Part shown: positions 11,792 through 26,796 of the stretch, one piece after another | Numbering within the stretch: position 1 is the stretch's first letter | How the letters are laid out: every line of letters begins with the position of its first letter | NCBI RefSeq assembly: GCF_006345805.1 | Contig: NC_043001.1 | Span: 93,310,001 to 93,374,000, forward strand | Source of the DNA: Octopus sinensis | Taxonomy: Eukaryota | Reading direction: 5' to 3' | Length of the DNA: 64,000 nt | Notes under the pieces: model-generated | Told to the model about the DNA's origin: nothing | Database searches by the model: none | What the model saw: only the letters and a program-made list of their open reading frames with translations | Position numbers and translations under genes: made by a program

Positions 11792-13181
11792 TATAACTAC
11801 AACAACAACAATAATAATAATGATAATAATAATATGGGTAATGATAATAATAGCGATAATAATTTGATGTATATCAAAGTAGTTTTTAATATGAAAGTAT
11901 ATTTATTTTTCGCACCATTAAACAATATTAATATGAAGTTTATTAAAACTTATAATAGTTATTTTAGGCAAGAAGTTTTTGACCTTGCTGGAAATGAGTT
12001 TAGTTTTGTTGGATCGCTAGATTTACGTAACCCAACCTGTAGCTCACTGTTTCTCTGTTGCAATGTAATAACGTAATACATACACAGAATGGAATATAAA
12101 GAGCCACTCTCTATAAGTTAAATTTCCATCAAATTACATTATGAATATCAAGAATAAAACCAAATGATAATATTAGACAATGTTGTACTAGGGATACAAA
12201 TTCATGACGATTATGTATCGATTAGTTCAACCTCTTATCAATCATCTTGCCTTGAGATCTCAAGTTCTGATAGAGCCTTAGGGGCTCCGTCGTATCACAC
12301 AGCGTGTCTAAGGTAATGGTTGCTATAGTACTCTAGATCTAATCAGAGCAGAATTCTTCCAGAAGGAGAAAGAAAGAAAGAAAGAGAGGGAGAGAGAGAG
12401 AGAGAGAGAGAAGGAGGGCAACGAGAAAATGAGAGCACAAGATTGAAAGATAAACAGAAATAAATAAATAGAAAAAGCAAGACAAGAATCGACCTAAGTA
12501 TCAGAGTGGTACTCTTCATTTATCTGCCACAAAGGAATTAAACATTTTCTATATCATTCTGCAAGGTTCTAACGACTTGACCAAATGACCTGCCGCCTGT
12601 CAACGAAGGAAAACTTTATAAAAAAATAAAAGGCAATTTGATACATTTAATACACTCAAGTTTATGCAAATAATTGTCTGATACCAACAATTGCATAATA
12701 GTACATCTGTTTCGTTTGACTAGCCACAAGAGCTTTGCATTTTAAAGACAGGCCATATCGTAACGTTCGTATATTTACCAAGAGTATTAGTGTTGTGTGA
12801 AGTGAAATACTTCCATTGAGACCTGGTGTTACTTTTGATTACGCGAGAGTTTATTTCTAGTTTTGTAAGTAATATTGATTTTGCTTGAGTAAAAGGTTAT
12901 GGTTTGAAACGAACAAGGGGCAGTTAAGTGAACCAACGGAGCGGATCACAACTGCAGTCATTTATGAACTCACACCCAAAACGAAAGAAGCTAAATACTT
13001 TGATGCATTTAATCTGGTGCCTGACAGTTTCCATCTTTTACAATATTCGGGAAAATTGAAAAATGAAATTAAAAATTATTTCATATATATATATGCAAGA
13101 AACTACGTAGGTTTCACAGAAAACCAAGTTTATTGTAAATATATTATTGGGTGTTTTTCTCCTAGGTTTATACGTTGTTTC

Positions 13182-13230
<49 letters not shown>

Positions 13231-13241
13231 TATATATACAC

Positions 13242-13276
<35 letters not shown>

Positions 13277-14774
13277 CAGATATATATATACATACATATA
13301 TGTACATACCTACATATACATGTATATATACATGCATATATGGGTACAGGACATCGAAAAACGCTGAACACAACGAGAAACAAAAACACAGAAACGAATC
13401 TTTCTCTCGAACAACGAAAAAATCAAACAGAGGAAAGAGACATACAACATAAAGAATATTCCCCTTTTTCACTTGCCCCTGTTCCATCTACTCCGCGTAA
13501 GGAAGGCAAGGACAAGATGCGACTTCGTTGAAACAGTCCTTGTAACTGAACGGACTTGTGAAGGCAGTGGCTGTCATCGTGATCATCTTGTCTTTTATTT
13601 ATCAGGAAGTACGTTATCTTATATAACCGTTATTTTAGGTTGTAAGGTGTGATTTGAGGGGAATATAGTAGCTATTTCTAATATGTCAGACGACTACCTA
13701 GAAGCTTGTATAATACCTTGTACAATACCAAGATGCGCCAACATACACGGGTGGGGAAAAATTTAGTTGACGAGCAACAGTGTAGGCACACAAACGATAC
13801 TCTCGTATACCAGAAAACAAATCTCTCTCCATCTGTCTCTCTCTTTTACATATCCCTTCTCTCTTTCTCTTTCTCAGCTTCACACACTTTCTGTTTCCTG
13901 CCTTCAAAGATACAGTTGGTCTAAGAGTCGATGTGCAGTACGAGTTACGTATATTTCATTACATAAGATTGGTGTAAAGAATGGAGTAAATTAAAGGATA
14001 GAAAATGAAACGTAATGAAAGAAAGAGCTGGCAGCATATATACTTCCTACATAAGCTCCATTATAATAGGGATTGCATATTTCATTCAATTAAAGCATGA
14101 TTATGGCTTAGAATAAAAAAGGAAAGAAGTTTTACAGTAAATAAGAAGATTTCATAGCAGTACAGCTTTTGTGAGCCGAAATGATGTTTGCTATTGTAGA
14201 AACATATCTCCATTGGGGACACAAGAACTACATTATTCTTCATATTCTCTGTTGACAAAGCATAAACAGAGAACTCGATTGCTGAAACAATGTTTGTACA
14301 ATGAGAAATGTGTTCGCCTTGTTGGATAGCTTTCTCTTCTATGAATTATATGCTTTTTTCTTTTTAACAAACAGAAATCTAGTGTGACGTTATTGCTGGG
14401 TGTTTTTAGCAATCAACATTCGTTACACATGAATATGAAGGGAATTCTGACCTTATATATTTTCCAGAGAAATATTTATGAATATATATATATATATATA
14501 TATAAATATATATAGAGTTGTAAATGATTCTATTACAAACTATTAACTTAATATTATCCAGTGTATTTAGCAAACATGTGCGCACGCGCAATCGATCCTC
14601 TCTCCGTCTTTTTCACTTTCTTTCTATCTATGTTCTTGGATCCTTTTCTCTCATTCACTATATCACTCTATTTTTTCTCTCCCACATTTATTGAGTATAT
14701 GGATATATACGTGTACGCATGTGTATATGCATATGAATTGATTGCAACTATGCAAGTGTGCAAATATATATACT

Positions 14775-14913
<139 letters not shown>

Positions 14914-15703
14914 CATTTAAATGCGCAAATAGCAACCCTTTCGTTGAACATCACGTTCGATTTGGCGGGCATCACTAAGTGGTCACTGTATTTCTTGTCA
15001 AGAAAATATTAATGAAATATAAGTTCTATGCTGTAAGACATAGGTCAGGTTTATAATGCAGCTACTATTCCATAATATGGGACAATTTCTCCCTGTGATT
15101 TATACGGGCAGTGTTAATTAAAGCTTTAGAATTTCTATTCTTTTTTTTTATGTCTGCTCAGCGAATTGCTTGAGTCATTAGCCTAGTTGATTAGAACCGT
15201 TCCTATTTTTTAATCCGAATCTCTGCAATTTGAGTTCAAATCCCGCCGATGCATTTCAAGTCGATAAAAAAGTAATAATCTAGATGGATTGATAGAGAAA
15301 AAACTTTTGGCCGGTTGGTAAATATTCTTTGCCGTGGCTGTCTCGGTTCTTTGCTTTTTAACAGTAATGATACTAAGTCGACGGTCTTTCTACAGGTTAA
15401 ATTTCTATGCCCTGAAGAGGAGACTAGGGAGCGTAGGTAACCACTAGTCTTCCTAAAACCCTTTTTGGTCAGACAAGCGCAGTTGTATAGTGAATCTTGT
15501 CGAACCATCGCACATTAAGTGCTGTTGGATATGTGTTTCATCCTTTCAAATTAAGCAAATACACACATATAAACATAGGCACACATGTATGTATGTATGT
15601 ATGTATGTATGTATGTATGTATGTATGTATGTATGTATGTATGTATGTATGTATGTATGTATCTATCTATCTATAGAAATACATATGTAAATATATGTGT
15701 ATA

Positions 15704-15762
<59 letters not shown>

Positions 15763-15869
15763 TATATATATCGGTGCCCCAGCATGGCCACAGCTCGTGA
15801 GCTGAAACTAGATAAAATAAAATAAATAAAAATAAATATATGTGTATTATCTCCCTCCCCCTCCCTTTC

Positions 15870-15956
<87 letters not shown>

Positions 15957-16513
15957 GTCTATCTATCTACATACTGCCTGTACTTAAGGATTTATGTTAT
16001 GGATATGTAGCTCTTGTCAGCTTGAATATAAACGGTAATTCACTCAAATTTCATGTGCAACAGATAAATGAATAAATAAAGCAATATAAAATTAAAATAA
16101 AACAACCAAAAACAAATCATTTTTGTGATATAATAGAAAGGCAAAGAAGAAAAACAAACATTAACATCGAAGAAATAATACATATATAAAACAGCCCAAA
16201 AAAAAAGGAAAGCAAAAACAGGATAAATATATTTAATAAATACATCGTTCATAACCCGTTCCAAAATGTCTGGCGCCATTTAAAGTAGAGGCAGAAGCTT
16301 TAACATCATAAGCAAACTGACCCGTGGTATATTTAGGCGCGAACCTCGGAGCATTGAGTGATAGGGTGTGATGGAGGTTACCACAGAGTTTAGATGTCAT
16401 AATACGATCATTACGGTTGTTTTTGTCGTCGCCATCGACTTTCTGGATGATAATGATGAGGAGAAGGAAGAGGAGAATAATGATTGATCAGTCATCATTA
16501 ATGCGGTAGCTGT

Positions 16514-16547
<34 letters not shown>

Positions 16548-17900
16548 ATTGTTATTGTTGCTTATATTACTTTCCCCGTTGCTCGTCTCATCATTCTTTT
16601 CTGTCATTGTTGTTGCTCCTGTTGCCATGGTGTAAGTGGTTTGTGGTTGTTACTGCTGTTGGATATACGTTCTTGCTGCTATTTTGTTCTTTTTTGTTTT
16701 TCCTATAGTTTTCTTATTTAGTTATTTTTGCTCTGTTTTTTTTTTATGCATATGTATTGCCGTTGTTTAGCCCTAGGTCTTTCGTGAATGGGAAACGCAT
16801 GAGAATTTTTGCATAGTTCGTGTTTTTGCTTATTGTTAGTTTCTTTGTACAACAGTTTTTAAGAGAATGATGAGCGAATCCCAGACATTAAAAATGCACT
16901 TAATTCAAGTAATTTTTTTATACGCTTATAATAGTAACAGAAACAACTAAAAGATACGCGCTGCTAAAAAAAGTAAGATAAAAAACCAGACGTAATAAAC
17001 CTCGTTATCGCATTCTACATTTTACAACAAACTCCAGCTGCAAGAAGTTAATTTTATTTATTTATATATTTATATGTCTATATGTTTTAATTTCTTTTTT
17101 TTTTTTATTAATTCTATTTGCTGAAAGATTCACTGATAAAGTGTAAATCCAGAAACATTGATATAAAGAGATGGAAAAAAAGCTAATCGGAAAATATACA
17201 TCAAATCATCAGACAATATATATATCTCGTCAAAAAAGGAAGCACAGCATAAAGATTTTGAAATTTATGCCAGGTTTTGTATTCTGTGATGATCTCGCCA
17301 GGTGATATCATATTCAGAACATAGAAAGAAACCATCCCCAAAAGACAAACCTTTTTCACGGCTAGAAAGTTCCGCGTTCCGAGCAGTGATTGACAATCCA
17401 CAAGGCTCAACAATAGAGGACTGCTTCTATTTCGTCTCTTACTGCTACAGTTGTCGCTGTTCTTATTGAAACTGTGCATACAAACATCGTATATTGCAAC
17501 CACCAGAAATTTATGCGACTATTTAACAACGTCTCACAGTCATACTACTAAGTCTGGTTCGTAGACATGATGTTTTCCCTCTCTTCTTGTTCTATTTCTG
17601 ATACAAGGGTCTTCTCTAGCAGCCAGTATACCGATCAACAGGTCAATGGCTATAACTGCTCTCTAAATAAAATTTCAAAAATCTGAGATGTAGAGGGTGG
17701 AGAGATTTAATCTGGTAGGAAATTGGAAACAAAACTTTTGAATTGTGTCTTCCATATTAGTCTCGGGAAAAAAACCCCACCGGATATACTCAAGACCGGA
17801 ATGTCATTGATCAATTGTTTGCATGTTCAGAGCCTTCCTGAGGGCTATAAATATCATCATCATCATCAACAACAGCAACAACAACAACAACAACAACAAT

Positions 17901-17941
<41 letters not shown>

Positions 17942-17989
17942 TAACAACAAAAGTAGCGTCGGGCCTGCTTAACGTCATGTTAATCTCCA

Positions 17990-18420
17990 TGATAATGGGC
18001 TCTAATTTAGGAACAAAACCAGCATGTTTAAGAGGAGGAGATTAGCAGATTCCAGTACTTAACTGGTATTGTATTCTGGAGGGACGAAAGGTAAAGCTGA
18101 TCTCGGCAGAATTTCAATTCTGAACTTTAACAGTTGGAACAAATACTGCAAAGAAAATTTTTCCGATTCTTCCAACCCACCGCTCTGCCAACATGTACAA
18201 TGATTATCAATGTTTTCAAATTTTGGCACAAGGCCAGCAACTTTAGGGGAAGTGGATTAGTCAGTTAGATTGAATCTCTGATATCTACTTTATGGATCCC
18301 AAAATGTTGAAAAGAAAAGTCAGCCCTGACGGAATTTGAACTCAGAACATAAACAAAGGGTTAAATGCTGCTTAGAATTTTACCCGACGTGTAATCCCAT
18401 TCTCCCAGCTCACCGCTCTG
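17990..18420 (-). mobile_element. Two degenerate family A SINE copies
   Basis: Recognisable GAATTTGAACTCAGAAC (B box on minus strand), AACTGGTATT/GAAAGGTAAAG core and CCAGCTCACC head remnants. Confidence 0.65.
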
Positions 18421-18916
18421 CGAACCTCTCTAATAAGGGTAATAAAAGCATATATTTTCTAATTTCTGTAACTTAGCCCACATGTTGTGAGCCTATTCTC
18501 AGGATCTGAATAAAACTTTACTCTATGCCGGATTTATTAACATACGTTTGATAAAGAATGTATTGATTAGTACGTCCCCAAAAGTATTAAGAAATCTCTC
18601 AACATTATCATCATGTCTTAGAAAGGAAGCGAACGACTTCTTTTTTATGGATTCAGAAAGTTATTTTCTAAATCCGAGATAGAATAATCGAAGCATCTTG
18701 CTTAACTTTACAGTTCTCCGAAACAATTCTTTGATTGGTTAATAGAGAATTAGCAAGGTAATGTAAAAACTATGTAGTTCTTCGTACACCTTTCTACAAT
18801 TATGGCCAAAATTTCCTTTCTTTCTTTCTTTCTTTTCCTTCCTTTCCTTCGTTTGTTTGTTTGTTTGTTTGTTTGTTTCTTTCCTTTCTTTCTTTCTTTC
18901 TTCCTTTCTTTCCTTC

Positions 18917-18982
18917 TTTTGACTGCCTCCTTTCTTTCTTTTGACTACCTCATTTCTTTCTTTTGACTACCTCCTTTCTTTC
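18917..18982. repeat. 22-bp tandem repeat x3 within a (TTTC)n tract
   Basis: TTTTGACT(G/A)CCTC(C/A)TTTCTTTC starting at 18917, 18939 and 18961. Confidence 0.9.
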
Positions 18983-19970
18983 TTTTCTATTTTCATTCTT
19001 CTTGTTTTATTCTTTCATTTCTTCCTTCTTTTCCTTTTTTCTTTCTTTCTTTGCTTCTCCATTTCATTCATGTTACTTTCTTCTAAGCGTTTCTTTCCTT
19101 CAATTTCCTTCCATTGTTCATGTCTTCATTCTCTCATTCATTCTTTCATCCAACCCTTTCAGTCAGCCAATCTTTCACCATTTAATACGACTACTACCAT
19201 ATTTTCCTCATTCCATTCTTTCCTTTATTCATGCTTTCATCCTTCTCCACACCCACTCACTATAAATTTAAACAACAACACCATAACTTACCTTTCTGTA
19301 ACTTTGAAGTTTTATCTGCACATTATACAAAGAACATTCACTTACCTACAAAAGAAAGAAAAACAAAACCTACATTACAAAACTGAACAAAAATCATTTA
19401 TCGATGACTACTCATTATAAATTTGGTAAAAGGCGTGGAATAGCAGAAACGTGAAAAGATGGATTAAATAATTTACATAATTTCATTTGTGTTCTCTTTC
19501 TCTTTTCCTAAATAAAATCCTACTCGAATGGTTTCATGGCTCTATGCCTCGAAATACAAACACAATAAATGTAATGAAATTCATACAATACATTTTATCA
19601 TCGTCTGACAAACAGTTGGTTTTGTGCCGAAGTAGGATTTTTATACTGAGAATTGATAGCTCCCTTTTGCATAACGCTACTAGCTTTGTAAAGGCAAAAT
19701 GTAGATTTCATTGAATCAAATACAGTATATCACTGTTTGTTGGTAGTAGGAAATATGAAAAGCGGTAGGATTTTAAATTTACCGTCTAACTAAACGGAAT
19801 ATCGTTTTTCTCTTTTGCAATATCACATGTATGTATGTATGTATGTATGTATGTATGTATGTATGTATGTATGTATGTATGTATGTATGAATGTATGAAT
19901 GTATGTATGTATGTATGTATGTATGTATGTATGTATGTATGTATGCACGTATATATGAATGTATTTATTT

Positions 19971-20195
19971 ATTCTTTTATTCTTTTACTTGTTTCAGTCA
20001 TTTGACTGCGGCCATGCTTGAGGACCACATTTAGTCGAACAAATCGACCCCAGGATTTATACTTTGTAAGCCTAGTACTTATTCTAACGGTTTTTTTTGC
20101 CGAAAAGCTAAGGTTTCAGGGACGTAAACACACCAACATCAATTTGGCAAGCGATGGTAGGGGGAAAAACACAGACATATGAATACAAACATATA

Positions 20196-20235
<40 letters not shown>

Positions 20236-20403
20236 TTAACGACGGGCTTCTTTCAGTTTCCGTCAACCAAATCGACTCACAAAGCTTTGGTCGACCCGAG
20301 GCTATAGTAGGAGACACTTGCCCATGGTGCCACGCAGTGGGACTGAACCCGGAACCATGTGGATAGGAAGCAAGCTTCTTACAACACAGCCACTCCTGCG
20401 CCT
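19971..20403 (-). mobile_element. tRNA-derived SINE, family B
   Basis: Colinear with the 9457-9861 copy; head AGGCGCAGGAGTGGCTGTGTTGTAAG on minus strand. Confidence 0.9.
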
Positions 20404-20583
20404 ATATGCATGTATGTATGTGCATATATATGCATGTGTAAAAAACAAGCAATCTATCTATGTGTGTGCATATATATATGTATATGTATATATATTATAT
20501 ATATATATATATATAAATGTATGTGTATATATATATATATAATGTATGTGTATATATATATATTATATATATATATATATATA

Positions 20584-20631
<48 letters not shown>

Positions 20632-20702
20632 AGACTTAATATAGAAAATTATGCAGATATGCATATCATTATATATATGCATATGTACATCAATACCTAT
20701 AT

Positions 20703-21118
20703 AGCCGCAGGAGTGACTGTGTGATAGGAACTTTGTTTCTTAACCACATGCTTCCAGGTTCAGTCCCACTGCGTGGCACCTTGGCAAGTGTCTTTTGCTA
20801 TAGCCTCGGACCGACCAAAGCCTTGTGAGATGATTTGTTAGACGGAAACTGAAAGAAGCCCATTGAGTATATATGTATATATATATACACACACACATAT
20901 ATATGTGTGTTTGTGTGTCTATGTTTGTTCTCACACCATTGCTTGACAACCGATATCGGTATGTTTACATCCCTGTCACCTAGCGGTTCGGCAAAACAGA
21001 CCGATATAATAAGTACTAAACTTATAAAGAATAAATCCTGGGGTCGATTTGTTCGACTAAAGGTGGTGCTCCAGCATGGACGCATTCAAATGTCTGTAAG
21101 AACTGAAAGAATAAACGA

Positions 21119-21119
<1 letters not shown>
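20703..21119 (+). mobile_element. tRNA-derived SINE, family B (inverted relative to the 19971 copy)
   Basis: GCCGCAGGAGTGACTGTGTGATAGG...GGTTCAGTCCCACTGCGTGGCACCTTGG...GGTGCTCCAGCATGG. Confidence 0.9.
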
Positions 21120-21171
<52 letters not shown>

Positions 21172-21247
21172 AATATATATATATATATTATATATATATA
21201 TATAAATGTATGTGTATATATATATATATAAATGTATGTGTATATAT

Positions 21248-21308
<61 letters not shown>

Positions 21309-21896
21309 AATAAATATATATATATATATGTATATATATATATGTATGTATACATATGTATGTATATGTATTTGATGAGCTCACTCCACAGGTGTTCGGC
21401 AAGAACCTCTGTGAAAAAAAATCAATCATCGTTATCTGAAATTATAAAATTATAAGCGTAAAGAACTGTGTTCAGCCATCTACATTATCGTAGTGGGAGA
21501 GAGGAGATTCATCTGAATAAGTACTCCAAGAAAACATTTGCCTAGTCTTGTTTTGCTTAGTTTTGTTACTTTTCTTCAATGAAAAAAGTGGGGGAAATGT
21601 GTGTTACGTATGTAAACAAACGTACCAATTGCACACCCGACCACAACCAAGAAAAGAAAAAGAGAGAAGAATTTAAAAGAAAGCTCAAATCTGCAAGATT
21701 TGTTTGTCAAGACTTCTGAAGGTTATGCTTTACATCGTAAAACATAATATATCAATTATATTACATTTATGTAAAATATGAAGTGTATATGAAATATGTA
21801 TTCCACACATAGACACATACACACACACCACACGTACATCTGTATATATGTACATACACACAACACATGATTACATGCATATACATATACATGTAT

Positions 21897-22292
21897 TCTT
21901 TTCTACTCGAGGTCCAAGGCCCGAAATTTTGGTCGAGGGGTCCAGTCGATTAGATCGACGCCAGTACGCAACTGGTACTTAATTTATCGACCCCAAAAGG
22001 ACGAAAGGCAAAGTCGACCTCGGCGGAATTTGAACTCAGAAAGTAAAGACAGATGAAATACCTATTTCTTTATTATCCACGAGGGACTAAACACAGAGGG
22101 GACAAACAAGGACAGACATAGGTATTAAGTCGATTACATCGACCCCAGTGCGTAACTGGTACTTAATTTATCGACCCCGAAAGGATGAAAGGTAAAGTCG
22201 ACCTCGGCGGAATTTGAACTCACAACATAACTGCAGATGAAATACCGCTAAGCATTTCGCCCGGTGTGCTAACGCGTCTGCCAGCTCGCTGC
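21897..22292 (-). mobile_element. Composite/nested family A SINE (two cores, one head)
   Basis: Core AACTGGTACTTAATTTATCGACCCC..AAAGTCGACCTCGGCGGAATTTGAACTCA occurs twice (21970-22040 and 22155-22222). CAGATGAAATACC occurs at both junctions. Confidence 0.85.
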
Positions 22293-22399
22293 TTTATATT
22301 GCTCTGGCTTGCTTCTGCGAGTTGTACGCTGGGGAACCGCCTTTAGTGTTGCTGGCTTTTATTTCACACTTGGTTGCCGGCTTTCTTTCGAGAAAAGTT

Positions 22400-22790
22400 T
22401 CTGATAAATTACCGAACGAGAAATGAGTGCACCTCGATGTGTTTCCTGTAGCGATGTTGGTTCATCTGGTACCGCAGATAAAAATTTGTTCAAATGTTTT
22501 TGGAAAACACCTAAATCTACATATCGAAGATATCTGAGGCTGTTTGGGAGAGTTTTTAAAATTTATGGGTCTTCGAAACAAGGTGTTACAGTACAGTGCC
22601 ATAATCTGGAATTAAGACAGCAGAGAGGCTCGTTCGTACACTGCACTGGCGTAGTTTGGTGGTTGGTATAGCTTTCACTTCCAAAGACTGGAACTAGATC
22701 TTCACGCGGTTCTTGTATCACAAGGACGAAAAATACATTGTACAACATATTTGAAACATTAATAAGCTGGAATGACAGGTAAACCATTTA
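22400..22790 (-). mobile_element. Decayed LINE 3' fragment, CR1/L2-group-like (family unassigned)
   Basis: Minus-strand frames give DLVPVFGSESYTN and ILKTLPNSLRYLRYVDLGVFQKHLNKFLSAVPDEPTSLQETHR, matching the FKxxLDxFLxxVPDEP ORF2 C-terminal motif I recall for CR1/L2-group LINEs. Frameshifts and stops present. Confidence 0.7.
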
Positions 22791-22968
22791 ATAAAATGTC
22801 ATCCTTTCTCCATTTTCCTGTGTAAAGCGCGCCTTGTCTTAAACCTACACTAATATTTTGACAGAAAAACCGACATATGGTAATATTTTTATGTAAAAGC
22901 ATAATTTTGTAAATTCATTTCCATATATATATATATATATGGATGTGTGTATGTATGAAAGTATGTAT

Positions 22969-23034
<66 letters not shown>

Positions 23035-23955
23035 ACACACACACATATACACACATATATATATGTATATATACATACAAAGAGATATATAATAGAAATA
23101 TTTACCTCTTATGTTGATATGCAAATCTTAGTTCATATAAATACGTCTGTGGTCTATTGTAGAAAAACGTTATCACCATTAGTTCTAACAATCGCCAAGG
23201 AACTTCGTAAGTCTCTACGGCGCTTCTACAATTCTCCCAAGAAGTTAAGGGCTCATGGCATGGCACAGCATATAGATATACACACATGTTTGTATGCATA
23301 TGTGTATGTCTGTATATATACGAAAGCTTGAAAATGGCTAATTGATTATTACGTTGAAGATGGTGATAATAGTGGAACAACTACTATAATACGCCTTATT
23401 ATAAATCACCAATAACAGAAATATTGATAAATGAAAAGAATGGATAAAAATGCCTCAATATGAAGCAATTTGATCTGTACTAGTGACCTAGTAAGACATT
23501 TGAACTTTTAACCTCGGACTAAACTTTGGAATTTCATCTTAGAATTACATGCAGGAAGTACAATCTTAGCCAAATCCGAAATCGAAACTCATAGATGGTT
23601 GCCTGCCAAATATCATGTAAGGACCTTAACATTCCATCGTCAGAAATTACACGTACATACATTCATACATACATACATACATACATACATACATACATAC
23701 ATACATACATACATACACACATATATATATATATATGTTGCTATATTATAAAGACACACGTAAAATGTCCAAATATGTAAACACACGTACACTCGTTGAC
23801 ACGCACACATATGCATACATAAAAATATGTGTATATATATATATATGTATGTGTTTGTGTGAATATATATGCTCATATGCTCACATTCGCTCACGCACAC
23901 AGATATATGCATACATGAAAATATGTGCGTGTGTGTGTATGTGTTTGTGTGTATG

Positions 23956-23988
<33 letters not shown>

Positions 23989-24164
23989 TAGCAATGCACC
24001 CCGGCGTTGCCCGGGTGTTATGACGTACATCCATATTGTATTATTTGTTTTTTTTGCTATGGACAAAATCGGCACACGAGGAGTATGAAGCAAACAACTC
24101 TTCTGTATAAACATGTTTTTCGGTCATTTTCTGATGAACAACATTGCATTTTCCGTGTACCAAA

Positions 24165-24275
24165 TTCTGTGGTTGGTCTAGGACGATAGTAGAAAGCACT
24201 TGCCCAAGGTACCATGCAGAAGGACTGAACGTGGAACCATGTGGTTGGGAAGCAAACTTCTCAGCCGCACTGTCA
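24165..24275 (-). mobile_element. Family B SINE head fragment
   Basis: GTAGAAAGCACTTGCCCAAGGTACCATGCAGAAGGACTGAACGTGGAACCATGTGGTTGGGAAGCAAACTTCT matches the family B 5' part. Confidence 0.8.
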
Positions 24276-24709
24276 TTCTTGCACCTAATTATGCGTGTGT
24301 GCTTACATTTGTTGTTAAATCGAGTATAGTTTCTGTCTTAAAGGTACCAGTTCATCAAGCAGAGATCGATAAAATATACCAGATTGAAATGTTTACTGAG
24401 ACCAGCACGAGAAATTAAATTTTTGAAGGTGATACCCCATCATGGCGACAATCGAATGACCAAAGCCAGTAAAATAATGTTTAAAGATTTAATGGCTTCA
24501 AATTTAAGGCAATGGTGTACTAACCACAAGATAATGAGTTATCTATTCTATACAATAACACTATATGTGCATTTCAGTGTACTTGACTTCCAACAATTAA
24601 CATTTGTAATTTCAAATTGAATGGTTAGCAGGAAGAACGATGGCCAGATTTCTTTAACAATTATTGTGCAAAATAATCTGAGGAAAATTATTTTTATCAC
24701 CACTACAAA

Positions 24710-24746
<37 letters not shown>

Positions 24747-25181
24747 CGCACACACACAGAAGTCTCTTGTGGTAACTTGAGCTACAACAAATAGCGGCCA
24801 AATCTCTCTTAAAACATACCCTTTCATCAAAAGAAATACAAAGATTCAAAGTATTTCAGGGAAAAAAACAAAACAAACTATGCGATGGATTTGCTACATC
24901 AGAGGCAACTCTGGGCTAAACAAGACACAGATACATATACTTCACATTAAAAGATTATTCACTAAATAATACTAATAAAGTCTCATTACTTGGTAAAATT
25001 CCATTTATTTTAAGATTGTCCTGGCAGAGTTGGCTCCCTTAGCTGCAGCCGTAAAAACTGTGCGACCCAACCTCGTTTTCGATACCATAAGGAACATACG
25101 CACGCACAAACACACTTTACTTTATTAAATATATACTCATATACGTATATATACATATCTATCTATAAAAGGCATAATATA

Positions 25182-25224
<43 letters not shown>

Positions 25225-25371
25225 TTATACACACACATATATATATATATATGTATCTATACAAATTTATATGTGAGTATGTATGTCAACACAGTACATA
25301 CACGCAAATAAACATACATTCATCTAAGTGCGTGCGTATATATTCTAGATTTGAAATCTACACAGATGCAG

Positions 25372-25440
<69 letters not shown>

Positions 25441-26796
25441 ACATACATGCAAGCACACATATATGCATGTATGCAAATTTGAAATTTAGTGCACTGTGCT
25501 TGTTTGAAAGCTATTGATTACTTTTTCAAAGACAGTTTCGTGCTCGCAGACATATACTTTCTCTTTCATACTATCCAGGTTTTACTTTTCCTGCTTACAA
25601 GCCGTACATGTCAGCTTTTTCTCTCATAGGAACAAGTTAATAAGATGCGAATATATTTCGCTGTTCTTTCTCTGTGGAATACACACCTATACACACAGGC
25701 AAATGAATCGCAGAACTGACAATACGCACACATACACATTTATGAATATCTATGTGTGTGTTCAGATACGTGTTTATGTATCTGTGAATAGATTATATAC
25801 ATATTCACGTACATACATACATATATATATATATATAGGCATATGTTTAGGACTATGTATATACATATTTGCATACATACACACACATAAATATGTATGC
25901 ATGTGTACACATACAACTTTATATATACTTGGATACATATATATATACATATATAAATATATATGTATATATATATATACATACGTATATATGTATGTGT
26001 ATAGATGAACACATACATACCTATATATATATATCTATACATACATGCACAAAGAACAAAACCTATAAACGTATACTTATACGTATAGTTAGAAAGAAGA
26101 TATGAATGAGTTTTAGTGAGAGGTAGAGAGAAATAGAGAGGGAGGGAGAGGGAGAGATAGATGGGGAGGGAGAAAGAATGAAGTGGAGATTAAGCTAGAC
26201 AATTGCAATCTGGAATTAAGACAGGAGATTAAACAATAACAACAAGCAATCAAACGAAACAAACAACAACAGCAACAAATACAGGAACCACATTAAAAGT
26301 CTTAAAAATGTTTCAGCAACAAACATACAACACCGTCAAGAAAAACCTAAAATTAACAAACACACAAAGAAGTATAAAAGGAAAAAAAAATGGAGGCACA
26401 TTTCAAGAAAAAATACGATGCTGAAGATGAGAAACGTTGCTTAGAACACCAGTAGAAAGAAATGCCAGAGAAAGTGAGATGAAAACAGTCACTATAAGAA
26501 CATCAACAAATGTTGAGATTAGTAACAATAACAACAGCAACAATGATATGGAAATTTGCATTAACGAACGCCAAATAATAAATAAATAAATGACTGAATG
26601 AATGAATAAATAAAAATATTGAACAAAACTGTAATTTGAAACCATCCACCTCACCCACCGAGAGATACAATGGAGAAACTACATAACAATGGCAAGAAAT
26701 TAAGCAAGAGCGATAACAAGGAAAAAGCAATAGTAAAAATAAGAACAAGCGAATAAAGTGGGTCTTGTGAATAAGAACACCAAATAATAATTAACG

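Noticed and set aside
12660-12700. Octamer ATGCAAAT and a nearby Sox/Oct-like site
   Set aside because: Single short motifs in AT-rich DNA are expected by chance.
17858-17950. CAT/CAA/CAG run suggesting a polyQ exon (similar run at 59420-59505)
   Set aside because: In-frame TAG/TAA inside the run and no flanking coding context.
23163-23206. 44-nt segment between TATTGTAG and GTAAGT (similar micro-exon candidates at ~12277-12315 and 56038-56093)
   Set aside because: Splice-like motifs this short are expected by chance, and the peptides are unrecognisable.
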